Source of the DNA: Camelus dromedarius | Lineage: Eukaryota | Length of the DNA stretch: 64,000 nucleotides | Direction of reading: 5' to 3' | Assembly (NCBI RefSeq): GCF_036321535.1 | Contig: NC_087436.1 | Span: forward strand, 15,438,001-15,502,000 | Part shown: positions 51,570 to 64,000 of the stretch, one piece after another | Position numbering within the stretch: position 1 is the first letter of the stretch | Layout of the letters: every line of letters starts with the position of its first letter | Translations under genes and position numbers: made by a program | The notes under the pieces: model-generated | Database searches by the model: none | The model's input: only the letters and a program-made list of their open reading frames with translations | Told to the model about the DNA's origin: nothing

Positions 51570-51895
51570 CTGACATGTCACCTGCACACAGAGGCCCTCC
51601 CGTCTACTGTCCACCCACGTAAACCAGAAAGAAACCAACTTCTGATCCTGTCACTCTACCCCTGACCCTGTTCTGTTTTCATTTGTAGCAGCCACCACTC
51701 TCTCACATATATTTTATCTAACTTCCATTCATTTATGTTCCATTTTCCCCAGGAGCAGGAGCATGTAAGCTCCGTGAGAACAGGAGTTTCATCTGCTTTG
51801 CTCACTGTTCACTTCCCAGTACCGAGAATGCGCCTGGCACAGAGAAATTACTATTTGTCAAATGACTGAATGAACAAATGAATGCATGAATGAAC
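51570..51895 (+). mobile_element. L2 3' end (followed by antisense MIR at ~51895-52005)
   Basis: tgtaagctccgtgagaacaggag...tgctcactg...cccagtaccgagaatgcgcctggcacag...tgaatgaacaaatgaatg. Confidence 0.8.
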
Positions 51896-54012
51896 ACCTG
51901 TTTTATAGACAGGAAAGGTGAGGCTTAAGGAGATTAAGGAAAACCATATACTGGCAGAGATAGAGCTGAAACCCAAGTTCAACTCCCAATACCCTGCCTT
52001 TAACCCTGAAAACAGACGATGGTGATTTTAGGGCATAGAAAACACTCATAAAATCTTCCGAATACTGGAGTGCAAGTTAGTGACTCCACTGAAAGTAGAT
52101 GGTCTCTGTACAAAGGAAGCAAGAGAATCAGAAGACAGCCTCCAAAGAATTCCCTGGAACATATAGGCATGATATTAAGGCAGCTCTCCCCTCTGAGAGC
52201 CTCACAGCAAGCATCACAAAGCTCTGACCTTCCTCCACACATGTCCTTGGATATCCAGGAGGTAAAACCGGATGCTTCAAGATGGAATGGCCATTGAACA
52301 CATGACTCCTACTGGTGCTGGCAGACACAAGTACTAGACGTGCACTCTCCCAGGGACTGGCCACGTTATGACCAGTACAGACACCAAGGACCTGGCTTTG
52401 AGAAATTATCCGCCCCTTCAAAGCCTAAGAATCATTTTTGGTTTCAGTGAGGGCGATTTACAATTACATGTTCATGGGCTTTCCTTCTTCTAGCACTGGG
52501 ATACTTCCTTGAACCAACTTTATGCTACAAATAAAATTTCACAAATCATTTCTGACATTAAACAGTCTCTTTAATTTCTTTTTTTCAGAATTCAGTCAAA
52601 CCCTGTATTTTAGAACTGTGGGGCTGATCCAACGATGCAATGTGTCATATTTAATTCCATCAGTGTAAAGCATAACGAGCGAAAATTTGAGCTAGTGAGG
52701 CATAACTAAATGTTTTGAACCTGCGCATTTACAAAGCCAGGCTCGTTTATGTTATGTCTAAATAGTAAATAAAATCATTTCTAACATTTCACTATCAAAT
52801 TAGAGTAATTTTTCTACCAGCACACACTTGAAGAATGCCACAAAAGGGTTTTTTTAACAGTTCATTTTATTGTTGCTCATAACCTTCTAAATATTTCTCT
52901 GTTGGCTTCTGCTCAAAGGTAAATAGAAGGCAGTAAAATTTATGGAAAAATGTATTCAACTCCTTAAAATACATCAGCCAAAAGAAAAAAGTCTTTAAAG
53001 CTACATTATGAGTTGTGAACTGAAATCTCCTTCGTCACTTAGTCCCCAGTTTCAATGATAGGTAACAAAACTGACAGACTGGTCTAGTTCCAAATCACCT
53101 CCTCGACAGAGCCCAGCTCTCCCATCTCAAATTCTCACCTTGGACAGGGCCAGAGTAAACACCTGTCCTTCACATTTTTACACAACGTCACTTTGTATGC
53201 CACAAATACAAGCTTTCACGCTGGAGAGGAAGCAAATTCCAGTGCACTGGACAAATCCCCACTCTTTTGAACCAGCCTGTTGATTGTTGCCTTGACTTTC
53301 TCGGCTGTCAAGATAGTGAAAGGAGGAAAAAGTCCTTTCTGTAAAACTGTGAAGTGTAATCAGATAAGATTGCCCTTTAAGCAATTCACATAGAGAGAAG
53401 TAAAATAAAACTCCAGGTAAGGTTTAAAATTTAGCCATAAAAAAATTACGTTCTAGCCCTTGACCAACATGTCACAAGATTTTAATAAAACAAGATTATT
53501 AAAGTGAAGTCAACTGAAGTCAATTCTTACATTTCATGGGCCAAGGAAGAGACATTAAAGAAGAATTCTTAAAAATAACATTTAAAAGATACCATACTTT
53601 ATCAACTTAAGAAGAAAAATGACAATTGTACTAGTTCAGAAATGCCTTAGAATAGGGAAGTGAGGGAGTCTAATGAGTATAACTATAAAAAAAGGAGACT
53701 AAAGTCTTAAAATTAAAAACAGTACTGAGAAAAATTCCCCTTCATACAACTCAGTTTAATATAAGAAAATACTGTATTCATCCTGCATAATACTGTTTCA
53801 TTTCATTTAGTCTTCTAGGAATTTTAGAGATCTCTATAAATATTGTCCACTTAACTCTTCATTTACAAGTATAAAAAGAAAATGCACTGCTATTATCACT
53901 TCAAACATGCAAGAGATTTTAGTAACAACACCAAAAAAAGATGAGGTATGAAGTTTCAGGATATTTCAAAGCAAAGAAGACAGGACGTATACTCTTTTGG
54001 CTGGGGCTTGCT

Positions 54013-54032
54013 TTTTTTTTTTTTTTTTTTTT
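54013..54032. repeat. Poly-T run (~20 nt)
   Basis: Directly visible. Confidence 0.9.
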
Positions 54033-54391
54033 TAAGGAGATGGGGTAAAACGTACAATAAAAATGAAAATATATGCAATACAGGACCGGCTTAAGTTAAG
54101 CAAACAGATCTGGAGTTTATTGCCAACAGTCTTACCACAGGCTTACAGGAAAAAATATGCTCGGTAGAATCCCAGCTGATGAAAGTACCTTTTTCACATC
54201 AAGTTTTATACCAAGTGCAAGTTTTCTAACTCTTACAAATGGACTAACATCCGGCATCACCATTAACATTTCTATATTTGAGTCTTAGAAGCAAGAAATT
54301 TTGAGAAGCACAAAGTAGCTGACAAAATTCTAACTTTCATATGAAATCCCCAACAGAAAACATTAAGACAAGGGAAGTGAGACAACTGGCT

Positions 54392-54414
54392 ACACACACA
54401 CACACACACACACA
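54392..54414. repeat. (CA)n microsatellite
   Basis: Directly visible. Confidence 0.9.
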
Positions 54415-57400
54415 AAAAAACCAGAGCAAGAGGAAAAGCCCTTTCAGAGGTGGGCTCAAAAAACAAAGTGCAGTAAACGTCCTTAGCAGTCACGGGGCAC
54501 CTTGTACATGTCTTTATTAATATTTGTTTTATGTTTTTATCCCCCTAGGAGGCTGGGATCTCCTTCAAGGCAAGGACCTGGCTTTATATCATCCACTGAA
54601 TTCAAATAAATGAACCAAGTGTTGAGTCAATTAACCTTTCTTAAATCCTCTTGACAAAAAATTTTCATGGCCTTTTGTTATATAAATTTTACTTCCATTA
54701 AAAAGATATCAAAAAAAAAATCATGGCCTAAACATATGTTAAAAGCCAAACAGCTGGAAAAGGGCTCTTTCTTAATTATTATGGCAAAAGTATTTTAAAG
54801 TCAGATCATAAGTCACTGGACTCCAACGTAAGGGTAATATGTTTTATAATAAACAATAAACCATGTAATCAAACAAGTATTTCCTAACCTGACATATGTC
54901 CAGAGTCCTCAACTGTCCAAACAGGTGAGTGAATACACAACCTCAAAACACCCATTAACTTATGTGTGGTTTCTGGGACAGCTGACTGACATACTGTTGA
55001 AACTTATTGACCTTCTTTGCTTAGAGGCAAACAGATTCCATAATACTAGGTTTCATCGTAGGAAACATGGATTAAGAGTGCTGGGGTTTTTTTTTTTCTT
55101 TATGGAAAAAAATACACTAATTTTTTATTTTTAAAGAATGATACCAGGAGAGACCTAGAGTTAAAAGGAACTTGAACTTTGGGGACATGAAGAGGCCTGC
55201 TTTGCTTCAGGCTCCATTCTGGCCTTAAGTATTTGCATCTATTCTGCTTCTTCTAAGAAATGTAAAGACCACCATCCTGGGCTGGGGGACTGACTTGTAC
55301 ACCCTTCAGAGGTCCTGACCAGGCACCCACCCTCCTCTCCCTTAATCTCCTCGGCACCTGCACCCACTGAGTCCCCTGAGATTGAAACAACAGAAAATCT
55401 CACACAAGTAAAAATGTGATCTTTGGCCTTGAGCTCTGCCTATGAAAGGACAAGTCCACAGCAGCCCACATGCCCCACGAATTAAAACCCTGAAGCAAAA
55501 ATGCAATGAGCCACAGACAGAAGAAAACAAACAATTTAGCAGAAGAATACAGAGGGCAAATATATTATTATTAATAACCCAGTCTAAACTCCTAATTCTG
55601 ACACCAGGGCCTGAAGAATTAAGAGTTTTCACATGATCAGTCAAGTTTCACTAGGCAGGAACCTTTTTCTCTTTATTCTCATTACTATTCAACAAATCAC
55701 AGATGTACAAACTCTAAAATTAATACTGGTATTTTTGTATCTCCCTCCAAAGAGTCCAAATGACATTAATATGCATATTTTTATGGAGTCACTTGCACCC
55801 ACTGCAGTTAATTTTCTTAATCGAACCCCTGACTTGTTGACAGAAAGAACCACCACTCCACTCACTAATGCCTTTTCTACCCAGCCAATGCCAGGGACGT
55901 GAAATAAACGACCGACATCCTGATGTCCTTTGCCGTGACCCCACTGGAGTGAAAACGTAAGTCAAGTCAGCACAAGAATCTTTACAAGAAGTGTTCTAAA
56001 CACGAATACTCCTTTCAGAAAATGCTCTGGCCCCAAGCCCTCAGCACAGACACCTTCTAAATGCCAGCCTGCCTTAACCCCTAGAATCTCAGTACTGACT
56101 GAATCCTGACATGATGCATTTGCAAAATAAAAGTAAATTAATACCCACATATGCAGCTCTCTTCTCTACACTATTAGACAAAAAGCACAAGTGGAATAAG
56201 TAAGGCACTGACCCCTGGCTTGAACACAAATGGAATTACGCTACCACACATTACTTAAAAATGCAAAGCACAATCTCAAGTTAATTTGTCACTTGGAGAA
56301 ATCACTGTGCTTTTTTATGATGAGAATTCATTTATGAGAAGCTCTTAGTACAGTTTTCCTTTAACCTTCTCAATTTATCTTACATTTGCTGCTCTTCCAC
56401 AGCAAACTTTTATGAGCAATTTTAAGGCTGTATAATGTAAGTTACAAGGGCACTAGTCTTTGAAACCCAACGAACAATCTAATGAAAATGAGGTGATGCT
56501 ACCGGCTGCCAATGACTTGCCCTCTCATGAACCAACATGCTGAAAAATATGATTGGGTAAGATTTTTCTATGATCCTTCTGGAGAACAAAAGAAGAGGGG
56601 CTAGGGCCAGCTTTTATTTGACTGTGAAGTGGGGAGATTATGAAATTTTGTTTTAAAATCACTAAAATGAGGAATAGCCAAAAGGAAAGCCACAATTTTA
56701 ACATGATCCATTTCCTTTAGAAAGGGAATAATGACATTAGGTGTGAGATGAATAATTGGCCTTTTATCCACAATGAACTTTTGAGATTTCTCTAGGCTTT
56801 GTCCAGGTGTATTTAGAGGTTACCCAAGCATGAGACAAGTGGCAGTGTCCAGCACGTTCGGATGACAGGTAAACCTAGTGATAGTGTCTCAGGCTTTTCT
56901 CTCAGCCTGTGTCATCAACTGTAAATAGGGGTAACAATCTTCCTGCTCTATATACCTCAAAGGATCGAATTTTTAAAAGAAACTACCTGAACCTACTGGA
57001 TAAGCATGTTGTTGACAGCACTAGTATGAACTGTCCCCATCACCAGAAATAGAAAAGCATGAAGGCACAGGTACAAGACCGGCGCACCTGAGGAGACAAC
57101 GAGGCAGCCCAAGTATGATTGCCAACCCCATAAAAGCTCTTCGACCTCAAATGGCTGCAGATCTTACCAGGATTTCTTAAAACTTGTATCCAAAAGTAGC
57201 TTAAGCAATAGTTAATCAGCCCTCTTTGGGGTGGGCGGTGTGGTGGGGAGAACACAGATCCTTTCCAGAATCTGTTGGAAACTATGGACCCTCTACCCAC
57301 AAAAAGTCACACCCATATGCACAAAGCAAGCTTATTTTTCTGATATCAGGGTTGGTTCTTGGATCTCAGCTCAGGAACCCCCAGCTACAGGCTGCTGAAT

Positions 57401-57744
57401 GAATGCCTAGTTAATCAGGAAGTCACAAGAGAAAAAGAACAGGTTTATACAGCAAACGTGGGTAAGATGATCTGGGCCACATAAGTGCTGCACTTAGGAA
57501 ATCTTCCCTCAGACCCTCACCGGAGACATGAAACTGAAAGGGCGGTGACTCCAAGTCACCTCGGCAGACAAATGAGGCCCCAGGTGGTCAAGCAGAAAAT
57601 CACTTCCTTTTGTAAACAAGCGGTCTTCCAACACACACCTGAAAAATCGTGTTCCTATACATCCAGTGGTCGCTTCAGAATTTCCACATAAAAGGGAGCA
57701 AGGAGTAGTAATCTAGTTGAACGTCAGAGCTAGGGTATTTGGGG

Positions 57745-57866
57745 TTTTTTTGTTTGTTTTTTAATTTTGTATTGAAGTGTAGTTGATTCACAATGTTAGT
57801 TTCAGGTGTACAGCAAAGCGATTCAGTTATACACATACATATATATATATATATTCTTTTCAGATT
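57745..57866 (-). mobile_element. L1 extreme 3' tail fragment with (TA)n
   Basis: attgaagtgtagttgattcacaatgttagtttcaggtgtacagcaaagcgattcagttatac...attcttttcagattc. Confidence 0.85.
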
Positions 57867-58020
57867 CCTTAAGATAAACTTGCTTAGGACTTTGCATAAG
57901 ATTGAGAAAACATCAATTTTCCATAACAGAACAAGAGTGCTTATAGGAAGTGGGAGGGGGGAAGTAGTGTTAAAACACCCCCAAGCCAACCCCTGGCACC
58001 GTCACTATGTTCTCCAACAC

Positions 58021-58205
58021 CAGTGGTTCTCAGTCTTTAATGTGCAGCAGAATCATCCAAAAGGCTTGTTAAATACAAATTTCTGGGCTCCACCCTCAAA
58101 GCTCCTGATTCAGCAGGTCTGGGTAGAGGCCAAGAATTTGCATTCTAACAAGTTTGAGGGGCAGCTGGGGCTGGTGGGCAGGGAACCACACTTTGAGAAT
58201 CACTG
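58021..58205 (-). mobile_element. Full-length MER5A hAT MITE
   Basis: TIRs cagtggttctca ... tgagaatcactg; typical MER5A body. Confidence 0.88.
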
Positions 58206-58333
58206 ATCTATACAATTAGAGCCTATCTCATGAAGGACATCCCAGCTTCTTAGGCATATTCGGAGTCTCATTCAGATGCCATACTCGTCACCAAATTAAA
58301 ACAAACAGTACCACCTGTCACTCAGGTCAGCTT

Positions 58334-58509
58334 CTCTTTTTTTTTTAAATATTTTGTTTATTATTGTATAATTTTTTAATTCTTTTTGGCTTGGGGGGGA
58401 GGAGGTAATTACATTTATTTATTTTTTTAGAGGAGGTACTGGGGATTGAACCCATGACCTCATCCATGCTAAGCATGCACTCTATCACTTGAGCCATGCC
58501 CTCTGCCCC
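58334..58509 (-). mobile_element. tRNA-derived SINE (camelid Vic-1-like) with degenerate TSD
   Basis: gaggtactggggattgaacccatgacctc...catgctaagcatgcactctatcact.gagc; TSD ctcaggtcagctt (58321-58333) vs ctcaggccagcct (58510-58522). Confidence 0.88.
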
Positions 58510-59255
58510 CTCAGGCCAGCCTTTTACCTGTGGTACCTAACGGTGCACGTTGGTTGGGCTGAACATTCACTACACAGTATGAGCTTCTTAATGACTGGTG
58601 AGTGTCTATAGGTAACTCACACTATAGATAAATGCAGAGGAAGAACTCTGAGCTGTTCTGTTTTCAATTTTTACCCTCAGGAAGCAATAAACAGCAAACT
58701 GGTGGCAGGAAGATTTACTTAAGTCTTAGCAAAACATCCATCACTCCAGAACTGTGGTTTTCTAACCGAGCTCCACGAGCCCCAGGTGTTATATCCAAAT
58801 ACCTCAGGGTCTGGGGTGGAAAGGGAGCAGAGAAATGAGAGAGGCTTTTGGCCTCCCATTTCCATGCCTCTCTGAACCAGAAATTCAGCTTTCCTCTGAT
58901 TTACATACAGTGTAAATTAGTGGTTTTACTGTCCCTTTGAAGGAAGGAAGAGTTTAAGGGACACTAGATTTGATTACCTCTCAGAGCCCCTCCATTTCTG
59001 CGATTCTAGTCTAATACAACAAAGACTGAGTGGCACATTACAAAAATAAAAATATCAAACCAGCCCAGGAGGCTAACAAAACACTAAAAATAGCATCCGA
59101 ATGAATGCTTAGCAATCAGATCCCGTTTACATCTGGTATGAAGGTCTGGATGGTGTACCCAGGAGCTTCCAAATTCACTGAGGGCAGCAACCGAACCTCT
59201 GTAGGAGGCATATAAAAAACAAACTCCAGTGGTGATTATCTCTACTTAAACTCAC

Positions 59256-59313
59256 CCTGTCCAGCAGACACCTTGCAGAAACCAGGGTCTTTTCACTAAC
59301 TGTCATGGTAATG
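59256..59313 (-). other. Candidate internal exon (58 nt) containing an ACCATG start
   Basis: Minus strand: tcttgctctgtctctcacag|cattaccATGACAGTT...GACAGG|gtgagt; near-consensus acceptor and donor. Confidence 0.5.
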
Positions 59314-59720
59314 CTGTGAGAGACAGAGCAAGATGCCACATGTTTAAGGCTGTTATCAACAAGGCCACCTACTCAACTGGCTAAACTTTTCTTTATGACA
59401 TGTATTTATAAGCTACCAGGTAAGTTGTGCACCAAATACTGGGATCACTGCTGCAGTCAACAACTGGACCACAGCTGAAAGAACAGAATGAAGCACGGGG
59501 GGCTGGGGTGGGGAAGGTAATTTGGGGGAGAAGGAGATATCTTTTATTATGCTTTAACTTAGAAGTCACCCATAATTCCAAGTTCAAAATCACCTTCAAG
59601 GGGCAAATGAGGAGATGGAATCTTTTAAGTGGGGAGCCGTCCATCCCTGGGATGCCAGAACCATCTGCAATGACTAGGGTGCCCAGTCAGGGAACGGAAG
59701 ATACAGGTTCGGTATTTAAA

Positions 59721-59730
59721 AATAATAATA

Positions 59731-59761
<31 letters not shown>

Positions 59762-59766
59762 TAATA
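59721..59766. repeat. (AAT)n microsatellite with GAT interruptions
   Basis: Directly visible. Confidence 0.92.
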
Positions 59767-62312
59767 AGAGCATCTTCAAAGCCATTGGGGTTTCATACAC
59801 ACCCATCTTCCTTTCAACCAATCCCTGACGCTACCTTCTTTGGCGAGGGCAGCACCCAGAGGTAAGAAGACAAGTTCCTCTCTGAAAGTCAATCACTTGC
59901 AAGCCAGTTCCAACAGGTAATCTAAACCACTCAGGAAGACCCATCACCTGTAAATCAAAGAGTCAGAATGTCCCTACTCATATCTGTTCTAGGGACACAG
60001 TTGGGTGGAGAAGGCTTTAGGCAGAAATGTTATGTATTCTTTATTTCATTCAACAAAAAAAATGTTTTCTGAGCTCCTTTGGCAACAATGAACGACACAC
60101 AGTCCCAAATCTCAAGGAGCTCACAGGGGCCCTGAAAGACCTACTCTCAGCCAACTGATACTGTTATGTCACACCTAATGGCACAGGGAACTGGGTTAGA
60201 GTCCAAAGTCAAACTCAAGGCAGCAATTACAAACAGTCAAAACTGCCTTTGAAAAGTCCCTGAAATTCCTCATAAAATACAACACTATGCTGTTTCTCAC
60301 TAAGTCCAAGATGACCAGTTTTTCCTGCCCTTGGGGAAAGACTATTATCTCTTCAGGTAAACAACAGATGAAGTGTTTGGCTTGCATTTTGTGAGCCGTG
60401 CTGTTAAACCCACATGCCCACAGTCTGAGAGGAAATGAAATCTCCCCACAAACTGCTGGCTCATCTCTCCCCTCTGGTGTTCACTCCAGCACTGTGCTCA
60501 CCCTATTCCAATTGTCATTTCTTGTTCTTTTGTTCAAGCTTACTTCCTGTGAGTAAAATATGCATATAATAGGACTCCTCTGTAATATCACCATCTTAAT
60601 ATTTACCCAAAGACTTGCCCAAAATGCCACCACTTCTTTGAGTCAACATACCATGAATCCTTCTTTTGAATGCAAATATATAACAGGAAACGGGTTATAT
60701 ATTAACCCTACACAAGAGAATGAATGTTTTCATTAAATTAGCTCCAGTTATCTGCAGAGACTAGAGACACCAGAGAGTGAGCATAAATTTTGGTAGATGG
60801 AAAGAAAATTGAGAAAGATTCAGAATAGGAAATAAATTCCCAGCGAATGGGGCTCTGTCAGGGAACAGCATGAACCCGCAGTGCACCCGGGAAAAGGGCT
60901 GGGGGGAGCAGGAGGAGGAGGCGAATCACAAATTCCAAAATCCCTCCTGATCAGTCAATGCCCTCAATACACTACAAAGTAAACCCCGTTCCCAAAGTCC
61001 TCCAGGTAAGGGATGATTTGAGAAAAACAGATGGCCCTGTTAGGCTGCCTGACTGGACTCCACTAGATGACCCGTCCAATGGATTCCATTAGTCCCAACT
61101 GCTAGTGTCTTCCAAGGTCACACACATTGCTGTGGCTCCGAACACAGCCCTGCAGACCAACTCGGTCCCTGCATCCTTTTCCATTTCCATTCTCACACAG
61201 CCATGAGAATGCGTGTCCCACACCGCACAGCAGACCCTCTGCGTCAGCCTGACTTGATCCTTTGCCAGGAAACCTGCCCCTCCCATCCTGGAGGCACTCC
61301 AGTAAGTTATCTCATCAACAACACGTGTCTTCCCAGGAGACAAAGACCTCTCTGCCACCTTTCCCTCTTCTTCCTACCTCTTCCTCCTTCCACGTCTCCC
61401 CGCTTCATTGTTTTTTAGCCTTCCCTCCTCTTTGTCACATGGAAGATTCTCCCGGTGTTGCCCCTGAGCAGGGCCCATATAGAACCTTCTTGTTATCATT
61501 TTTAGCTTTTAGGGTGGACATCCCTCTGCCTTCTGTCCCCTCCAGATGACACCTCAACTTCCTCTGTTCTTCCTCAACCTTCCAACTGCCTAATCCCAGA
61601 AGAGTAGGTGACACGTTTTAATGCAAAATGTACAAAAGAAAATTGTTCGTACTAGTCAGTGTCACATACATCTCCTCACATCCTCCCAATTTCAGCCCCA
61701 CTCTGCTCTTCTGACACAAACACTCCATCCATCCTCTGCCCCAGCCTCAAACCACCCATCTCCACACTCCCTCCTCCAGGCAGCTCCTCACCTGCTCACA
61801 GCTCTGACCTGAGCTCCGTCTACAAGTATCATCGTCGTAAATTCTTCAGCTGATTTTGGAAATGAAAAATTTTAAGCAGGCAATTAAAAAAAGACTAGTA
61901 AACCTGTTCTTGACAGGACTAGACTTAACTATAATGAGATAAAATGACAAGTACATGGCTCGCTGCCAAGGTATCATGAACAGTCTAAGAATTAGATTCA
62001 AATTAGCTGATAGGATCTGAAAGACAGAGTGACCTCCATACATTTTATCTTTTGCTTGGTTTGCACTGTGTGCAAGATATGAAACTCAAGATATTAAGAT
62101 ACCAGTTTAAGAAGAAACCTTCAATTCAAGATTCAGGAAGAGGTGCTGGGGGAGGTTACTATAGCAGAATACTCACTAACTCGATGTAACTATTTTTACC
62201 CACAGTGAATATGAACTACATAATGCGCTGCTTTCCTAAATTTTATGCTCAGAAACACTTCAATATTTTTTTGTCTTGCAGGATAAAATCATTTCTTTGC
62301 CAAAATGCTTAC

Positions 62313-62364
62313 CTCTCTCACACACACATTCAAACTTAATAATCAGAAGAATTTAACCTGGGAC
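62313..62364 (-). other. Candidate non-coding exon (52 nt)
   Basis: Minus strand: gtttttatag|G acceptor (short pyrimidine tract) and GAG|gtaagc donor; stops in all frames. Confidence 0.25.
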
Positions 62365-62714
62365 CTATAAAAACTATTTAAATTTAAAACATTACAATTT
62401 TACCCTCATTTAAAAAAAAACAGTATGTCAGTATTCACATTTTCATAATAATGTATTCTCAAACACCAGAAAGAAATGTTATTTTTCACTTGATATCCAC
62501 AATTTCAGTAAGAAATGTCTTCCCATTTTGGGGGGAGAAAAGTAAACTCTTAAAACATAAAAAATTGTAAGTATTCAACATAGCTGACATGAGAGTCCCT
62601 TTATTTCATTTATTTCATAAAATTAAGAGCATATGTCCTATAACAGGAAAAATGTAAAAAGCTGAATTTCAAGTGTATGTAAAAGCCCCTTCTCATCCCC
62701 CATCCTACACACAA

Positions 62715-62717
<3 letters not shown>

Positions 62718-62747
<30 letters not shown>
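62718..62747. repeat. (CA)n microsatellite
   Basis: Directly visible. Confidence 0.92.
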
Positions 62748-62748
<1 letters not shown>

Positions 62749-63439
62749 CACCAAAGACAACCTTAAGAAAGTTGTAGATTTGGTAGCTCTACAACAAAGG
62801 TATTAACACGTTAAGCCATTCTCTCTTCAACCGCTGTTTTGGTTTCTTGCTTCAGAAACCACTGCAAACCCGACCCGAGATAAATAACGGAGATTAATGC
62901 AGTATTACCTTGACAAGCAATTAAAAGAGGCTGAAAAGCAGCAACTAAGCCAAACCATTTGCTCTTTCACAATAGGAAGCTGAAGATAATCTTATTTACT
63001 AAACATAAATCACTTGAGATCTGGCCAAATTCTTAAATGATATTCCAGATGGAAACGCTGTGAAGCCAGGAGCTGCTTACATTAAGAATTTTCTTCCAAC
63101 TCTGAAAACAAACTGGACCAGTTTTTCTTGTTGCTTCTAGGAAAGCAATCATTTTAAACCAAACAATTCAGCAGAAGGGCTTCCCGAGGACCCGCTCAGG
63201 CTCTATTTTTGGTCCCCCCCCCCTCCTTCTAGCAGTGTTAGGTTTCTTGTAACTAAGTTTGCTTCCTCCTCCTTCCATATCGATTTAAAAGTCTTAGGCT
63301 ACAGAAAGCAAACTCCATTCATCAGTCTTACTTCCTCATGTATTTCTGTAGTATACTCACACTGTTAAGGAAAAAAAAGGTCAAGATACAGCCCTTTAAT
63401 TTGTTTTTTGTGGTGTATGTGCGTACTTTTAAAAAATTT

Positions 63440-64000
63440 CTCTTTAGGGCCCTGTGAGGTTTATGGAGACAGGCCTCTCCCAGAGGCTGTGGTGCTTCCT
63501 AGGGTTCGCGTTCACGTGTAGCTGGTTTGGAATACCTGGGGCTTTACATTCCATGTCCTTGAGTTAAAGGCACTTAGACAGAGAGGCTTTGAGAGCTACA
63601 GTGAGCAGCGCGTCAGTGACTTGTCTGTTTAGAGGTGCTACGTGACAGCTGGACGTTTCTGGTTCTAACTCAACAACCAAAGGTTTGTGAGGATACTTGG
63701 TTTCCACTAACTAGCAAGGGAAGTGCCAGGGGTCCAGAGAGAGACACACCCTCTGAGGCAGGAAGAGGAGCTGCCACAGCCACCAAACAAAAGCCAGTGA
63801 GAGAAACAATCCCCTCCACCCAACGAAAACCTCGTTTAGTTTTAAGGTGTATTGTGACAGGAAGCCCTGGATTAAGTCTCAGACCGATACCTTTTAGTTC
63901 TTTCTTCCTCAGCTCTATTTCCTTGTACCCAGCTAGGAAGCCAACGGTACAAAATATCCAGGGAGGCCTGACTCACGTCTGCCAAAACCCACATCACAAG
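63440..64000. promoter_or_regulatory. Candidate enhancer or alternative-promoter region
   Basis: Locally higher GC and CpG; CACGTG 63513-63518, ACATTCCA 63546-63553, CGTCA 63611-63615, TGACTCA 63969-63975. Confidence 0.35.

Noticed and set aside
54136..54318. Minus-strand donor GTG|gtaaga (54135) as another exon
   Set aside because: No convincing acceptor at a definable position, so boundaries cannot be supported.

Overview
Mammalian genomic DNA, most likely a camelid (alpaca, llama or camel). The basis is two tRNA-derived SINEs of Vic-1 type, with no Alu, Bov-tA/BovB, PRE-1, ERE or Can-SINE seen. The window is CpG-depleted and rich in repeats: L1, L2, MIR, hAT and Tigger MITEs, and ERV/MaLR solo LTRs. 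I recognise no host protein-coding exon; the only recognisable ORFs are L1 ORF2p remnants. Most L1 copies lie on +, and several well-formed short exon candidates with stops in most frames lie on -. This suggests introns of a large minus-strand gene with a multi-exon 5'UTR, or a lncRNA; I cannot name the host. The most notable features are in the L1 cluster at 21.5-27.5 kb: (1) an L1 whose first 127 bp are duplicated internally at a microhomology junction; (2) a very young L1 with a perfect 16-bp TSD, an uninterrupted 358-codon ORF2 C-terminus, two in-frame deletions and an atypical compound tail; (3) a possible poly-A retrocopy or transduction. A candidate exon at 59.3 kb carries a Kozak ATG (possible uORF). 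I found no convincing new biological system. Repeat family names are from recalled consensus resemblance, and boundaries are approximate unless a TSD is quoted.
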